Positions 1-23,772 are shown, numbered from the stretch's first letter. The stretch: DNA of 64,000 nucleotides from Auanema rhodensis (GCA_964057225.1 OZ059895.1:6572001-6636000); one strand, 5' to 3'. Notes: generated by a model from the sequence alone, not told the origin. Numbers and translations: made by a program.

Positions 1-7191
<7,191 letters not shown>

Positions 7192-8991
7192 AGGAATAAT
7201 GTATAACAACCGGCTACAAATGGTTGCAGTTGATATTGTTAAGAGAAATAGAACGTCGAGGAATAACGTAGAACTGTGAATCTGTCATGCAAACAGAATG
7301 ATTAAGGAATTAGATGACCAGTTCGGTTTCCTGTAGCTTCAATCCGTAGCGATTCCTATTATACTCTCTTGTTATTGCTTAGTGTATAGAATAAGCAATA
7401 TATTATCTAATGCTCATAAACTACACAAACTTAAGCTACAAATAAAAAGATTTGAGGAATATAAGCTATTAGTAGAATATAGAATAAAAATGGCAACAGG
7501 ACTACTTAGAATTAGATATGAATACAACCTAATGATGTGATATAGATTTCTGTATAATAGAAACAGTGGTTGGAAAAGGACTAGAGAAGACAACGGGAGC
7601 GATAGATGCTGATGGTAGTAGCGGGGCGACGACGAGGGAAGTGGGAAATGGACGTCTCTCTCTATTAGTCTATCTTTCTTTCTCTTTCTATCTTATTCTG
7701 TCTCTTCTATCTACATGTATTTATATGTATGTGTGCCTGGTTGTCTTTTTCCTCTCTCGTTACATGTATAAATGTATGTCGCCTGTATGTCCTCCTGTTC
7801 GCCGTCCGCCCATCCGCGTTCTTCATCTTCTTTCCCTCTCTAGTTTCTTACCTCTGTATCAGCATCCCTTCTGCTACCTCCCCACGCTCGCGATCTTCGC
7901 CGATCTGACAGACAAACTCTCATCGGAGCTGGCTACTCTACCTACCATCTGACCGAATTCCTACATCTCTTTCTCTCATTCTCATACTCGCTAACTAACC
8001 ATATAACGTTTTCTATTGCCACATATCAGCCCATAGCTACAGCTATTCCTGACAATAGTCCAGAACGATTCCTCACTATACAGCTACTTCTCACCATAGT
8101 CCAAAAACATTTCTGATTGTTAATTCAAGTTGGTTTGAGCATTTTCAAAATAATTGAAGGAATCTTTGATTATTCAAGAAAAGACTTGCTACACTGTCAG
8201 CTCAACAAATATGATCACCACAAGCTACAACAGTAGCGGTTTTCATAAATCTATTTCCAGCAGAATGGGCAAAAACTTAAACACACCAATAATAGGTTGT
8301 GTTACCTCAATCTATGGATAGAAATTTTTGATCCAAATCCCCAAAACAGACAAGAGTCGATAACCCTTGGAGTTAGTATGATGAACTGACCTTGTGTCCA
8401 GCCCGTTTATTGCCACGTCATTTCACATCTTAAATAACGTCATCTGACACTCGTAGACATCAGACAGCATATTCAAATGCGTTAGTTCGGAGATTTTAAT
8501 AGTATGTAAACAAAAAGATAAATATTGCCTAATTCCAGGAACGCATTTATACAAGAATAAAAGAATTTTGGAATTTCTAAACATTAAACATTAACTACAT
8601 TATTGGCATTTTGTGATTCTCAAAAATAATCAAAACTTACAAAAAGAAACAGCGTGAACAAAAACTGAACCACATACCCGAATCAGATGATTAAAAAATT
8701 AAATCAAGCAAACGCTATGCAAAAATTTGCATACTCTCTGTCGCTTCAAGACTTATAACTCAATAAAATGAAATTGAAACTTTCATTATGCATAATGTCA
8801 TAAATGACACAAAGTGATAACAGAAATAATTATATTAGATGAAGGATAAAAATTAAGGTGTACAAATTAGTGATAGTAAAAATCTTCTACACATATCTAA
8901 AGCTATATCAATAGACTGAGAGCAAGCTGTTGCTTTGACCTGTACATGCAAATTGTCAAAAAATTTAACTTTCACTTAAAATCCTAGATAG

Positions 8992-10582
8992 TTAAAGTTG
9001 TTCCCCACCGTTTTCCAGAGGACCCTCAGGCACTGGAATATCTGAAAAGGAACAAAAGCTTCAAATGAAGAAAATATATACTTACTCTTTTTGTCGTCAT
9101 AATCATTATCGTGGAGTCTATCACTATCTTTTAAACTATCGTCTCGATCTTCCAATTTCACACGATCACCAGGACCAATTGGTAAATCCAATTGAGGAAC
9201 AGCTTTAAAGAAAAGTTTAAATATTCAAATAAGAATGTAAAACGAAATACCTCCTTCATTTTCAGTATCGGATGGCTTTTCTACATTGCTAGCATCTTCA
9301 AATAAGATAAACATTAAAGAATCAGATAAAAAAAAACATACTCAGTATAACATCGGGTAGTGTAGTCGTTTCAATTTCAGCAGCAATATTTAGAGCAGGA
9401 GCATTTACGGAATTCTGTGAATTAATTGATTAGAACACTATTTATGAATTAGGATATACCTGAAATGTTTCAGACTTTGCGTTAGTTTTAAAACTACCAG
9501 ATTTAAGAGCAGTTACTTCATTTTTCAAACTGAAAAAAAACTCATTATAAATTTAGAACAAAAGACGCATTACATTTCAATAGTTTCTGTTAGTCGCTTT
9601 GCAATTATTTCTTGAGTCGACAATAAAGTTTTTAAAGAAGTTGTGTTCCTTTCCCCTTCGGCCTAAGATATCATTATAAATAATAAACATACAATATACA
9701 TTAAACAAAAACTTACAACGCTTCGACGTAATTCCACAACTAAATCTTCTTTATCCCTAAAAAAACGAAATTTTATATTTATAAACATAAAACATCTTGT
9801 CAAACATACTTAATGGTTTGCTCTAATTTATTCTTTTCTAATAAATCATTATCCACCTTTAGCTTAGCATTTCGGAGTGAAGTGGTGCATTCTAAATTAA
9901 TAAAAATTTATTTAAAAAGTGAGTTTTCTTTTAATTTTACCATCGACCTTACTAGTACATTCCATTCTGTCATTTTTCATAGTATTCTCAATACTTCGGA
10001 ACTTTTCCAAATCTGCTTTCGAATCTACAAATCACTTTAATAAGAAAAGAAAGTTTTATATTCTTTTCCAACCTATTAACTGCTGTTTAGTATTTTTGTT
10101 TAATTGTTGTAAACTATCTAATTGTTCTCTTAAAAACGATAATTCTGTTGATTGCGCCTGAATATATACATAAAATCTGTGATCACGTATAAAAGTTCTT
10201 ACTTGATAAATGTAAAATAAATAGAAAAAGAAGACAAGTCCAAACAAAAAGAGAAACAATGGCCAATTTCTCATTGCTGGACGATCAGAATTTGACCTGA
10301 AACGTATACTCTGAGTGACATTATGTTATATATAAATTGGTCGGATTTAAATAAAATACATGAATGGTAGTGAGAAGAGGAAACACGAATAGATAATAAC
10401 GAGAAACATGGCCATTTGTTCAATAATAAGCCCACATAAAGAGAATTTTAGACAACTAAACCAAAAACGGATTAAGAACTACAGCTAATTAGCGATCAAA
10501 AAACAATGTATTGAGAGAAAATAGAAAGATAAAATGTAACAGACCTGAGTAGCGGTTTCCGACTGGAGACCGATGAAAACAT
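8992..10582 (-). CDS. Type II single-pass membrane protein with long coiled coil and acidic tail (GOLM1/CASC4-like architecture)
   Basis: Exons give MFSSVSSRKPLLRSNSDRPAMRNWPLFLFLFGLVFFFYLFYIYQ (signal anchor), then heptad-rich AQSTELSFLREQLDSLQQL..., ending NIPVPEGPLENGGEQL-TAA. The family call rests on architecture only. Confidence 0.7.
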
Positions 10583-10949
10583 ACAGCTTTCCCACTCTAA
10601 AAAAGAAACATTAAATAATTAACGAGGGCAGAGAAGCAACAAAAAATGAAAGGAATAACAAGACAAATTAAAACAAATGCGATGGGATATGTTTAAAAAC
10701 GTGGTTTGTTAGAAGAAACGTGGCAAAATGACAAAAGCGTGACTTTGTAAACAATTTTTGAGGTCGACGACATGATAAGGTCATATAAAATGAAAAAAAA
10801 ACTAAAAATTTCTCAAGTATTCTTATGACGAAAGACATTTTTATCGGAGAAAACCGTAAAACATTTAGAGTTTAATCGATGGCTTACTTGGCATTGGAAA
10901 CAATTTAAGAACAACAACAAACAACAATATATGAAAACAAAATGTGGAC

Positions 10950-12593
10950 TTATAAGTTTTTTCGTTGAGCTTTGAATTTACTAATACGCTTTGGTGGTTC
11001 AGTAGATGTCGAAGGCTCAATGTCAAGCTGGGATGAAACCGAAGGAACAACTGAAACAATGCTAACAATAATGCTCATAACAGCTAATCAAACCCATAGG
11101 TTGCCGTTCAACAAAAACTCCAGAAAATGCATCTTGACTCCCAGAAATAACGCGAGGTTTGCTCTCGGCTTTTTTCATTTCACGTATTGCTTCGTGATCG
11201 ATTGGGCCAGGCTGATTAGCATTTCGTAAAATACTACCAGTTCCTTCTGTGAGTCCGAACGATTGAGGCTCATGAACTTCCAGACAATTTGGCTGTACAA
11301 TAAGAATAACACAAAATAACTTATTTTTTAGTCAAATACTTACCGTTTGAGTAAGGTCATTTTCATCAGCAAAATGTACACTACGACGTCTTCCAGTGTT
11401 AGACGAAGAAGGCATTACATTTGACGATTCTTTTAACACTGAGGGTTTAGATAAGCGTGTTTCCTCTTCGGGTAAATCATCTGAGTCCAGCCTAAGGTTA
11501 TTAAATGATTCCGTCACTGAAGAAGAGGTTAATATACTCTTCATCATCTTCTTCATCATCATCATCATCATCGTCGTCATCATCACTGTCATCATCAAGC
11601 CGAGCAAGTAACTTGTTGAAATCCTTTAAAACAACATAAAAAATACAATAATATTCAAATAAAGTCTATACCTCAGCACTTACACCAGGAGGCGGATGCA
11701 TTTTCTCTTCCTCTTCCTCTTCCTCCAATTCATTATTTGTTTTTTCTAATAGTTCTAACTCCTCTAATCTTTTCATTATATCAGCCTATTTTAAAAGTTT
11801 AAAGTATCTCACTTAATTAAAAATAAAACTTACATTAGAATCTGTTTGTTGTGAGGGTTTAAGAGTTTTGATAGCTCTCTGTTTGTCGCGATTTCCTACA
11901 TTAAAACAATATACAAAGTAAAAAATCAAAGTATACGTTTGAATTCTGCTTCTTTTTCTTCGTCATATTCTTCTCGAATTTCAATTTCCTCTCCTTGGCT
12001 ATTCTAAATTTATTTTTAACCAAAGGAAGAAAAAAAAACAAGTATACTCCTCTAAATAGCTTTTCTGCAAATCCGAGCTGATCATTGATAAGTTTTTTCT
12101 CAGCTTCGACATCACTAATAACTTTTTTTATAGCTTAAAGAAAAAATTATGAATCGAATAGCCGTAACAACGTACTGTCCATTTGTCTATTCAGAGTTTC
12201 AACGGCTTCAAACGTTGATTTTTCTACAAAATAGCCATCCCCGATTAGCATCATCACTTCATTAGTTCTAACTATTTTTCCCGGCATGAAGCCTACTTTA
12301 CCAAAAGGAACCTGAGAAGCAGGATATAAAATATAAAAATAATTTATAAAAACATACCATTACATGATATTGTAATTTCTTAGGCAGATCTGTCAATCGT
12401 TTTATTAGAGCATTATATTCTTTTAACTGTTCCTTTTTTTGCTTAGCTACACCATCAATTCTTTCATTTTCCTACGCTTATAAAAGTTTGTTAAACCGGA
12501 GTACAGTAAAATGTGTACCTGATCCACAGCTGATTTTAAGATTCTGTACTTTTCATCATTTTCTTCTTTACTGCCATTAGTTGAAGAGAACAT
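10950..12593 (-). CDS. uri-1: Unconventional prefoldin RPB5 interactor URI
   Basis: Prefoldin-alpha motif VMVPFGKVGFMPGKIVRTNEVMMLIGDGYFVEKS, IEIREEY, an IMKRLEELE segment, a poly-Asp tract (11540-11600), RRRSVHF, and a C-terminal URI box KRISKFKAQRKNL-TAA. Confidence 0.9.
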
Positions 12594-12997
12594 ATTTCTT
12601 TACTAAAGAGAAAGTATTGGAGATACAGAGTTGAACAATCAATTCAGCGTGACCTTCTGTGCAACTCCTACTTCATACACAGAAAACACGCAAGCGTGTT
12701 TACTTGGCCCATTTATGGTTTTTGTTGCAAGTCTTGACTATGCAACTAAAGTTTTAATGTTTTAAGTAAGAAAAATCATATTAAAGTTTATATGGCCATT
12801 TAGCGATATAAATTGAGGGGATGCATTTACTGTTTGAGGACAGTTTATTAGTAAATGTGTTGTAAACTATTTATATGTACAAAAGACAAAAATTTAATAA
12901 AATACAGAAAACATTGTTGTTGCTTTGTAGCAACTTAATGTCAAGATGCTTGGCAAAATAAATGAAAATGTTGAGCAGTATCCCTGGTGTTATCTCT

Positions 12998-13892
12998 CTA
13001 ATGTGATCCTTGTGCTTCGCGAACCTTATCTTCTATCTTCTTAATGTCATCTTTTAAGGTGGACTCCGTGTTATTATGGCTAATTCATAAAATCATTTAG
13101 AATTCTTGAATTAAATGAAAATTACCTGACAATATATTCATAATCGTTCACATCCGGCTCGCTCTGTTTTTCTTCGTCATGAGTGATCTTGAAATTATAA
13201 GCATTATTTTTCCAAATTTACTGATTAGTTGATACCAACCGTCTCAGTTTGGTTGCTGGAACTTATCGTACCGTTGCCAGATCTTAGATAAGCATCTTCA
13301 CCAAATTCTCTAACCAAGCCACAGAAAAGTGGAGAATTCTCTTTATTACAGATCTGATTCGAAACAGTGGAATCCTAAAAAAAATAAAATACTTAATTAT
13401 GTTACCAAAAGGCGGTAACTTACATCTAAACATTTGCAGAAAACATCATCGCAATGCTTTCTTCCAAGTTGGTCATCGTAGCATTTATCATGATGTATAC
13501 AACATTGGTTGATATTTTCTGAAACAAAGAAGATCACTGGAATGCTACCGAATCTAAGATCGCCGTAGCCAACAATGAAACATAAAATGCGTTAAAAAAC
13601 ATCTAGAACTTAATATTTCATAATATCTAGACAGGAATATTTAACTTACAGAGTAAATAATAAGAGAATAATTTAAAAAATTGTCTTTACTAACGTTTAA
13701 GAGCCGGACAATCGATTTCAACCTGATTTTCACTTATATATTTAGAAAAATCATCAGTTCCACATTCCCATTCGATCTCATCTTCTTCTAAATTATTAAA
13801 TAAACCCAAGAAAAAATCGAAAATTTACCATAATCTAAGTCAGTTGCAAAGATGATGGCAACTAGACAGAAAAGATATATCCAAATATGCAT
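12998..13892 (-). CDS. Secreted Cys-rich phospholipase A2-like protein
   Basis: Signal peptide MHIWIYLFCLVAIIFA, WECG, and the PLA2 motif NQCCIHHDKCYDDQLGRKHCDDVFCKCL with the His-Asp pair intact. Later FCGLVREFGEDAY; TAG at 12998-13000. Confidence 0.8.
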
Positions 13893-14816
13893 TATGATTT
13901 AAATGGTTAGTAAAGTTGTAAGCTGAAACGTTTCAAAAGTATACATTGAATGACATGAAATTGAGACAGTCTCTAACAAATTCAGCTATTCCATTTTTAT
14001 CGAGATGAACATGAATAAAACGAAAAACATATAAAGCTAGAAGACTGTTGTACCGACTGAGCTTAAGGCCACCATGTTGCCACCCAAAGTGGAAAATACA
14101 GGTTTAAATCGATGACATCATTCGTTATGGACTATTAAATAGAAAAAAACGCGATGAAAAATAAAATTGGATTCACTTCCTTGGACTTGGATTGCTGCCA
14201 CAGCTTTGGTCCAGAAACTCAGATTCCCACTTGTAAAAAATTATTCGAAGCCCATTATTGAAACCGGCAACCCCATACATAATGAATTATCTTAGTCTCA
14301 TTACTTACGACGAACAGTTGTCATAACATATACGAAATTAACATGATGAGAAATATATTATTCAAGTTAGCCAAGAAAAACTCGACTAACTATGTGGGGC
14401 ATCACACGTAAATGCTGTAAATAAATGAAAGTTATGTTCGTGTGACCTAGAGCAAAGTACAAAACACCATTAAGAATCTCAATTATATATAAGATGTTTT
14501 TTTTTCGCTTTGTGCAATAAGAAGAACTGTTCTGAAACAAAAACAAGACAAACTAGTGCTTTAGGAAAATTCATTCTCGATTAAATGACAAAAAGTGAAA
14601 TTGAAATTTTAGGATTGAGCAACTGTTGTTTTGAGCAATATTATAATGGACCCTTTTGAGACCGTACGACAATCGCTTGGCAATAAGCATTGATTACACT
14701 TGAAATTCTTTTGTAAATTCACAGACGTATTTAACAGAAATATTAATACGGTTAGTATTGTTTGTTTGTAAGTAATGGAGTTGATAAAATTAAATCTAAA
14801 ACACGGATGATCCTAA

Positions 14817-17720
<2,904 letters not shown>

Positions 17721-18114
17721 CTTCTTAATATTGATCACGAATTCATCCGCGTTCACTATCACGCACTAAAAGTTTGATAACGATTTTAGAAACTGACTCC
17801 TACGAGCGTTACTATCAGGGCTTCTTTTATCGAATAAATTGCGTAGTTTCAATGTATAGATCTTGTCTTCAATTAGCCCCGGAACCCCCCAGCTTCACAA
17901 CATGTATAATTGTATTTTCTTATCTAAATCTATTGTACTTTTAAAAAATGTCTAGCCGAAAGAATAGTATATTGTGAAACTCAATTTAACACCATAACAG
18001 TTAAAAAACACAAACTTCTTCAAAAATTTATACAAACACCTTGAACTTTTAAAAGACTTTATAAAATTATGCCGAACAAGCAATTACATTCAGAAATATT
18101 CATATATATAAAGA

Positions 18115-19264
18115 TTAGGCATAGCTAGTTTTAAGATTGGAGCACATACACTGCGGCCTACAGGAAGTAGCACGCCGACGCCGAGGAGTAACCTAGAAAA
18201 GCTTGTTATTGATATTTACATAGTTAAACTGGTTTACCTTATCTGTTGGCGACGACTCGCTGGTTGAAAAGTGAACGGTGATCAAATTCTCTAAGTTTTC
18301 CAACATCGATTCCATGTTGGCGATCTAGAATATATGACACTGAACTTAAAAACTGTTGATTCTAAACAACCTGAGCTGGGGTAATTGAGGGCTCGGTTGG
18401 TGCTGGAAACGTTCTCTCCAAGGCCACACATCGTTTCATTTCCACTACGTAAGCTGCTACACAGCCAATAAACTGTGAAGCATGTCTGGTAAATTCGACA
18501 CCTATAATACTGCGATCAGAATAATGATACCAATTATTTTAAACCTTCATGTCGTAGCTGAGGTAATACACAATTTTTTGCCGCTTCACAAGCTTTAAGA
18601 CAAGCTCGACCGGCAGTTTCAACTTCTCTGCAAAAGTATAAATATGATTCTTGATATACGTTAAACTAATATATATAACATGTGCTGTCAGAGTGTGTAC
18701 TGCTAGCAGACAACTCAACCAGTCAATCAATATCTCAAATTCGGGAACAAACCTTCTTAATGATGCTCCATCTTGGGATGTACCTATGCCCTGGGTAGCA
18801 TGGCGGAAGAGAGCCAATTGGACTTGGCACTCATGTACCAACTAAAACAAAATTTTTATTATTGGAAAAAAACCAATTAGGAAAGCAGCATTCACAAGTA
18901 ATGACTTGAGGCCAATAGAATCATCGATTAAAATTTGTCCGAATTTAGAGCAAAAACTATGTGCACAAAGCAGACACGATATGTATTTATACCTCTTACG
19001 ATCAAAATAAGCGAGAACAAAATGAAATAAACCGATAAAAGACAAAATGCATTCGAAACATGATAAGAATTGTAAGTAATATACTACAATTTCCGTTAAA
19101 ATGTTAGAAAAAATATACAATTACAGCTCGTGCTGACTAACACACAGCTAAGATATTACAGTTAAGGCATAAACAAACATTTAGTAAAACTAGTAGAAAT
19201 AATGAAAATACAACTAGCTTACCTCGTTTAACTTCCTTACATTAGACATGGGGTGCTGTCTCAT
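18115..19264 (-). CDS. rsbp-1: R7 RGS-binding protein (R7BP/R9AP-like membrane anchor)
   Basis: Spliced product M(RQHP)MSNVRKLNELVHECQVQLALFRHATQGIGTSQDGASLRRE..., with the IGxxxDxxxLR motif of R7BP. It ends in a polybasic plus Cys tail, TPRRRRATSCRPQCMCSNLKTSYA-TAA. Confidence 0.8.
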
Positions 19265-19334
19265 GCCGGCGGGCAAACCGCCCGCGGCTGACAATAAAAA
19301 AGCGAAGAAAAGTTAGAAAATAAAGTAGTAGAAT

Positions 19335-21690
19335 CTAGGGAAGAAGAACGGCCAAATGGCCAGGTAGATGGGTCAGAGGGCAGGAATACGAGGGACCGAG
19401 AATGACGGGAACCAACACTTTATCTTTCTTCAGCACGCGCTGCTTCCACTCATTCGCACGCGCTGCGAGCCTAGCCGCTCGCGCCTCAGGATTGTCTGCC
19501 TCTAGTCGCTGGTCGCTCTCTTCGTCTGCACCCTCGCCGTCGGATAAATAGCCGGGTTCTACGAAGAAATCGCCTTGGTCTGAGTCCGCCTCGTCCGTCT
19601 CTGGGTCCTGCAACGATAACGCAATCAACTTAGCTCAGCTTTTGGAATTCCTTTCAACAACTATCGTGGGAAGGCGTGATCTCGCGTTGCGGCGCGTATC
19701 ACGTGCTTCAACACGGATTGCGTTCGGAATAAGCAGAGCCAAAAACAATAATAAGTTTTTTTTGGCAAAATATCCAAAATTAACATTTTTGTATTCACAA
19801 TTTAATAATATATAAAAAGTTTAATATTTCAAAAATCAAAGTTTTTTTTAAATGAAAGCTCTATTATTTCTGTTTATTAGATAGTTTTGATCAGTTAAAG
19901 TAGAAAAAAATCAATAACTGCCCACAAAAGACAAAACCAAAACAAGCTTAGCATCCGTGTTGCACCGATACATTTGCACACACTTATAATCTTTTTAAAT
20001 ACGAAAACATGAAATAAAAACATACCTCCTCATCTGATCTACATTCCTCCGCGTCAGAAGGTTCATCTTCCCATTCAACATCTGAATCAACCTAGAAAAA
20101 AATGGTTTATCACTTTCCTCACTGTATAAAGCTTCCAAAAGGGCAGAAATAAAAACTTACATCATAATCAATTTCACTTGACTCAGCTAACCACGGTTTA
20201 CGACACTTAACCTTTCTGTCTTTTTTTCGCCAAGTTCCATAATATGGTGGTCGATAGTTATCATGAAATTGGAATAATTTAGCCCGCAACTCACTGCAAA
20301 ACAACTTGAAATTATAAAAAAAAACATGACAGGGTATGATTACATTTTTCGAGGACAAACATAAGTTCTTTTCTTTGAAATTTCATCTAGATATGTATTC
20401 TTAGTTACCTAAAATGAATATTTTAAACACATTCTAATTAATACAACTTTACATCTTCAAGTTGAGTTAGAATGTCTGCGTCTGTAGGTAAAATTTCCCT
20501 CTGGTGAAGGGGAGCAAGAGTCATACCGGGTTTCACCTAAAAGAAAACAATGAAAGATTATGGAAAGTATTAAACAGACTTGGAATGGCTTATACCATAA
20601 ATCATCATCTTCTTCATTAACACCTTGGTATTTTTTCTCAACTCTATTAAAGAACCCTATAAATCTTGCAGATGCTTTACGTTTTCGGCCTTCTTGTGCC
20701 TAAAATAAAAAGTTTTAGAACTGTTCATTTCCCATGCATTAGTTCATAAAGAAAAGGAACTGGACACTAAATATTTCAATGAAAATCGTATTGAAAAGAA
20801 ACCAGAGTGGGTCTGAAGCGTGCACTTTAACCAATATAACTACCACTTCACCTCTTTTTGAAACATGACCGACAAAAATTTACACGTAGTTCCTCATGTT
20901 AAAACGAAAAAGCTACTAGGATTGCAACATGCATAATACCCTTAGAGAAAATCCGGTCAATCAAACCATACCTCTTCTTCTTTCCTTTTTTGAAATTTCT
21001 TTTCTTCTTCCTCTCGCCGTTTGGCTTCCTTGCGTTCATCTTCTTCCTTCTTACGCAGAGCTAACTCCTCTCGTTTTTTCTGTTTCTCTTCTTCTTCCTT
21101 TCGTTTTTTTTCGGCACGTTCTTCTTCTGCCTTGCGTTTTTCCTCTTTCCGTTTTTCTTCTTCACGCCTCTTTTCTTCTCGTTCCCTAGTATAACAGTTA
21201 AAAAAAATAAATACGAAAAAAGGCATACTTTTCTTTCTTTTCACGTTCTAATCTTTTTTCTTCAGCTGCCTTTTCCTTCTCCAACTAAAATAAAAATATA
21301 GGACTCTCAAGATCTCCTATCACCATACCCTAGCTTTTTCACGTTCTTCTTCCTTTTGTTTCTTTATTTCAAGTTTTCTTAAACGTTCAGCTTCTCTCTC
21401 TTCCTAAATGAAAAAGAGGTATGCGTTAAACCTATGAAAACTGTTACCTTACTGAGCTTAGGAGTTCTAGGAACTTTCCTACCAGAAGCTGTAATTGAAC
21501 TTACATTCAGAGCATCTTCATCTGTTAAATCAATGCATTCAACAACATCAACCTGAAGAACAGACTCAAAAGAAGATGTGACTATCTTAATTGAAACCTT
21601 GAGTTTTTTTGCCTCTGGTTCTGTTGGCGATCCGGGATCATCCATCTCGGGAAGAGCAATAAGATTTTCTTTGCAACCTTCCTGATCCAT
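19335..21690 (-). CDS. chaf-1: Chromatin assembly factor 1 large subunit (p150/CHAF1A)
   Basis: KER-rich helix (20957-21400), ARFIGFF PIP-like motif, the CAF1A signature KLFQFHDNYRPPYYGTWRKK, DYDVDSDVEWEDEPSDAEEC, and GDFFVEPGYLSDGEG. Confidence 0.92.
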
Positions 21691-21939
21691 GGTGATAACC
21701 ACAAGTTACTTAAACAGTTTATTGAAGATATTGTAACTCTTAGCACAACAATAGATTGATATATAGTAAAATATAGTATAGTTAAATTTCATTTTATTAG
21801 ACCTAGATTACTAAAACTTTTTGAATTAGTGCATTTATTCGTATTAAAAATTCGAAAATTGAATTCTTACATGCGAAAATCATAATTACGAATAAACCCA
21901 GTTATAAAAAAAAGAAATTTTAAAAATTTTAAAAAATAT

Positions 21940-22145
21940 TCCTTTGCGCGGGTTTTCAATTTCGCTCATTACGTACGAGATCACTACCGTAATCTAAGAA
22001 ATTAGAAAAACCTGAGAGTCTGTGAATGACGTGTGTGGGCAAAAGGGCGGAGCAGTGGGCGGTCGCGAGATCGATAGGGGCTGTCTCGTTGTCTATTTTC
22101 TGCTGATATCTCGATGTCTTTTTAGCGAAGCACGAGCGTCACGTA
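21940..22145. promoter_or_regulatory. Likely promoter upstream of chaf-1, possibly bidirectional
   Basis: CpG-rich patch in AT-rich DNA with GCGCGGGTTTTCAA (E2F/CHR-like), two GGGCGG GC boxes (~22045, ~22057) and TCGCGA, 250-450 bp upstream of the chaf-1 ATG. Confidence 0.5.
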
Positions 22146-23772
22146 TAATTTTTATTATTATACGTATAAATATAGATATTCATGTTCTTTTTATAGTCTA
22201 TAGTTTAAAACTCTTATTCTTTTATTTTCTTCTTTAAGAACATTCAACTAGACTATTTTCATCATGTTCAGCTACTTTGATACTTGCTCTTCACCTATAT
22301 TTGTTCGTTTCGGGATAGATCTTGTAAGATTTCAATAGCTTTCCACTCATCACTCTCATATTATGCTCTTCCTCATAATATCACGCTGCTGACCTCCGTC
22401 TTCCTGGCTTACTTATAAACAAGTGGCATTAGAGATTAGAAACAATGTTGGTAGTAAGTATCAAATTAAAATGGGAACTATCTATTGATATGTGATTTCA
22501 TCATTGAAACGAAAAAATAACTGTAAGATTGAAAAAGATCTGATCGCTTGTGAAATATCTTTAAATCTTATTTCTAACCTCAAATTCAAACGGATGTCGT
22601 CAGCTCTTATTTCTTTTTCAACATATCATATTGCTCACAAGTGGATGTTTCGACATATTCTTCTAAATATGTCGAAACTCTTTTGATCATTAAACTATTC
22701 CTTTTTACAAAGTATTATATTAGATTCATATATTGTGATCATCTATATACATCTTAGTATTCATAGATGCAGTATTTATCATATTAATTTTTTTTAAATT
22801 TTTACTGTTTAGCTGATAGAAATAGGATGGAAATAATTAAATTTAATAAATTATAATAAGTTTAATTTGAAAACTTTAACGACAACAACAGTGAAAACTA
22901 AGGAAAGTAAAATGAAATAAAGAATGAAATGGTGATCTGCAAGTATGGCTTCGAAATGGAAAATTTTCTTTTCTACTGTTTATTGGCTCATATTGCATGT
23001 TATCATTTATTCTGGGCAAGTCGATCCCTATAAATATCATTCAGCCGTCTATTTCGGCTTGCGCATTTGGAAAACTGATATGAATTGGTCTCATTCCTTT
23101 TCATTATCACTAATTTTACAACCAAATTTGAAGAGTCAGTGAGCACATATGACCTCTTGTCTTAGGCCTTAAAACTTGTTCTTCGATTTCATTTCCGCAT
23201 TTACTTCCAAACAATTAGTTTAATCATGTAATAATAATAAATGACATTAAACTCTGAATGTCTGATTACAACTTTTTTTGTTTTGAATTGTTTATATCTT
23301 ATATATTCTTTTCTTCAATCTATCTATGTAAACCTTGTTAGTTGATTATCCTTGTTCAGGTAAGCGAACAAATACATTCCTGCCTAGGGTTTCTCTAAGA
23401 AACAAGAAAAAGGAGAAGGAATGCTAATGATAGAGAAGAAACAGAAAAAAGCCAAGTAATCTTATACCTAGTTGAAGCTTATTCCTTTATGCCCTGAAGC
23501 AATACCACTACTACTGAGTCTCACAATTCCACATACCACAAGAATTATTCCATCCTTTTTCTTATATTCTCGGTATGTGTACCAACTCTTCAAACTCAAA
23601 TTTTCATCAATATCATACATTTTCTCATTTTGTATGCCTTTTCAATCTTTTCTAATGAAAAAGATTATTAAATACAACATACGGATAGTATAAATGAACT
23701 TGTTAATTCTTTAATTTCTTTAATATATCCTGCTCTCTCTCTTTCTCTCTCTCTCCCTCTCTCTCTCTCCCT

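Noticed and set aside
19264-20030. Possible chaf-1::rsbp-1 fusion by cis-splicing the penultimate chaf-1 exon to the 19288 acceptor
   Set aside because: The phase-0 junction reads PRAVCPPA-stop, out of frame with rsbp-1.
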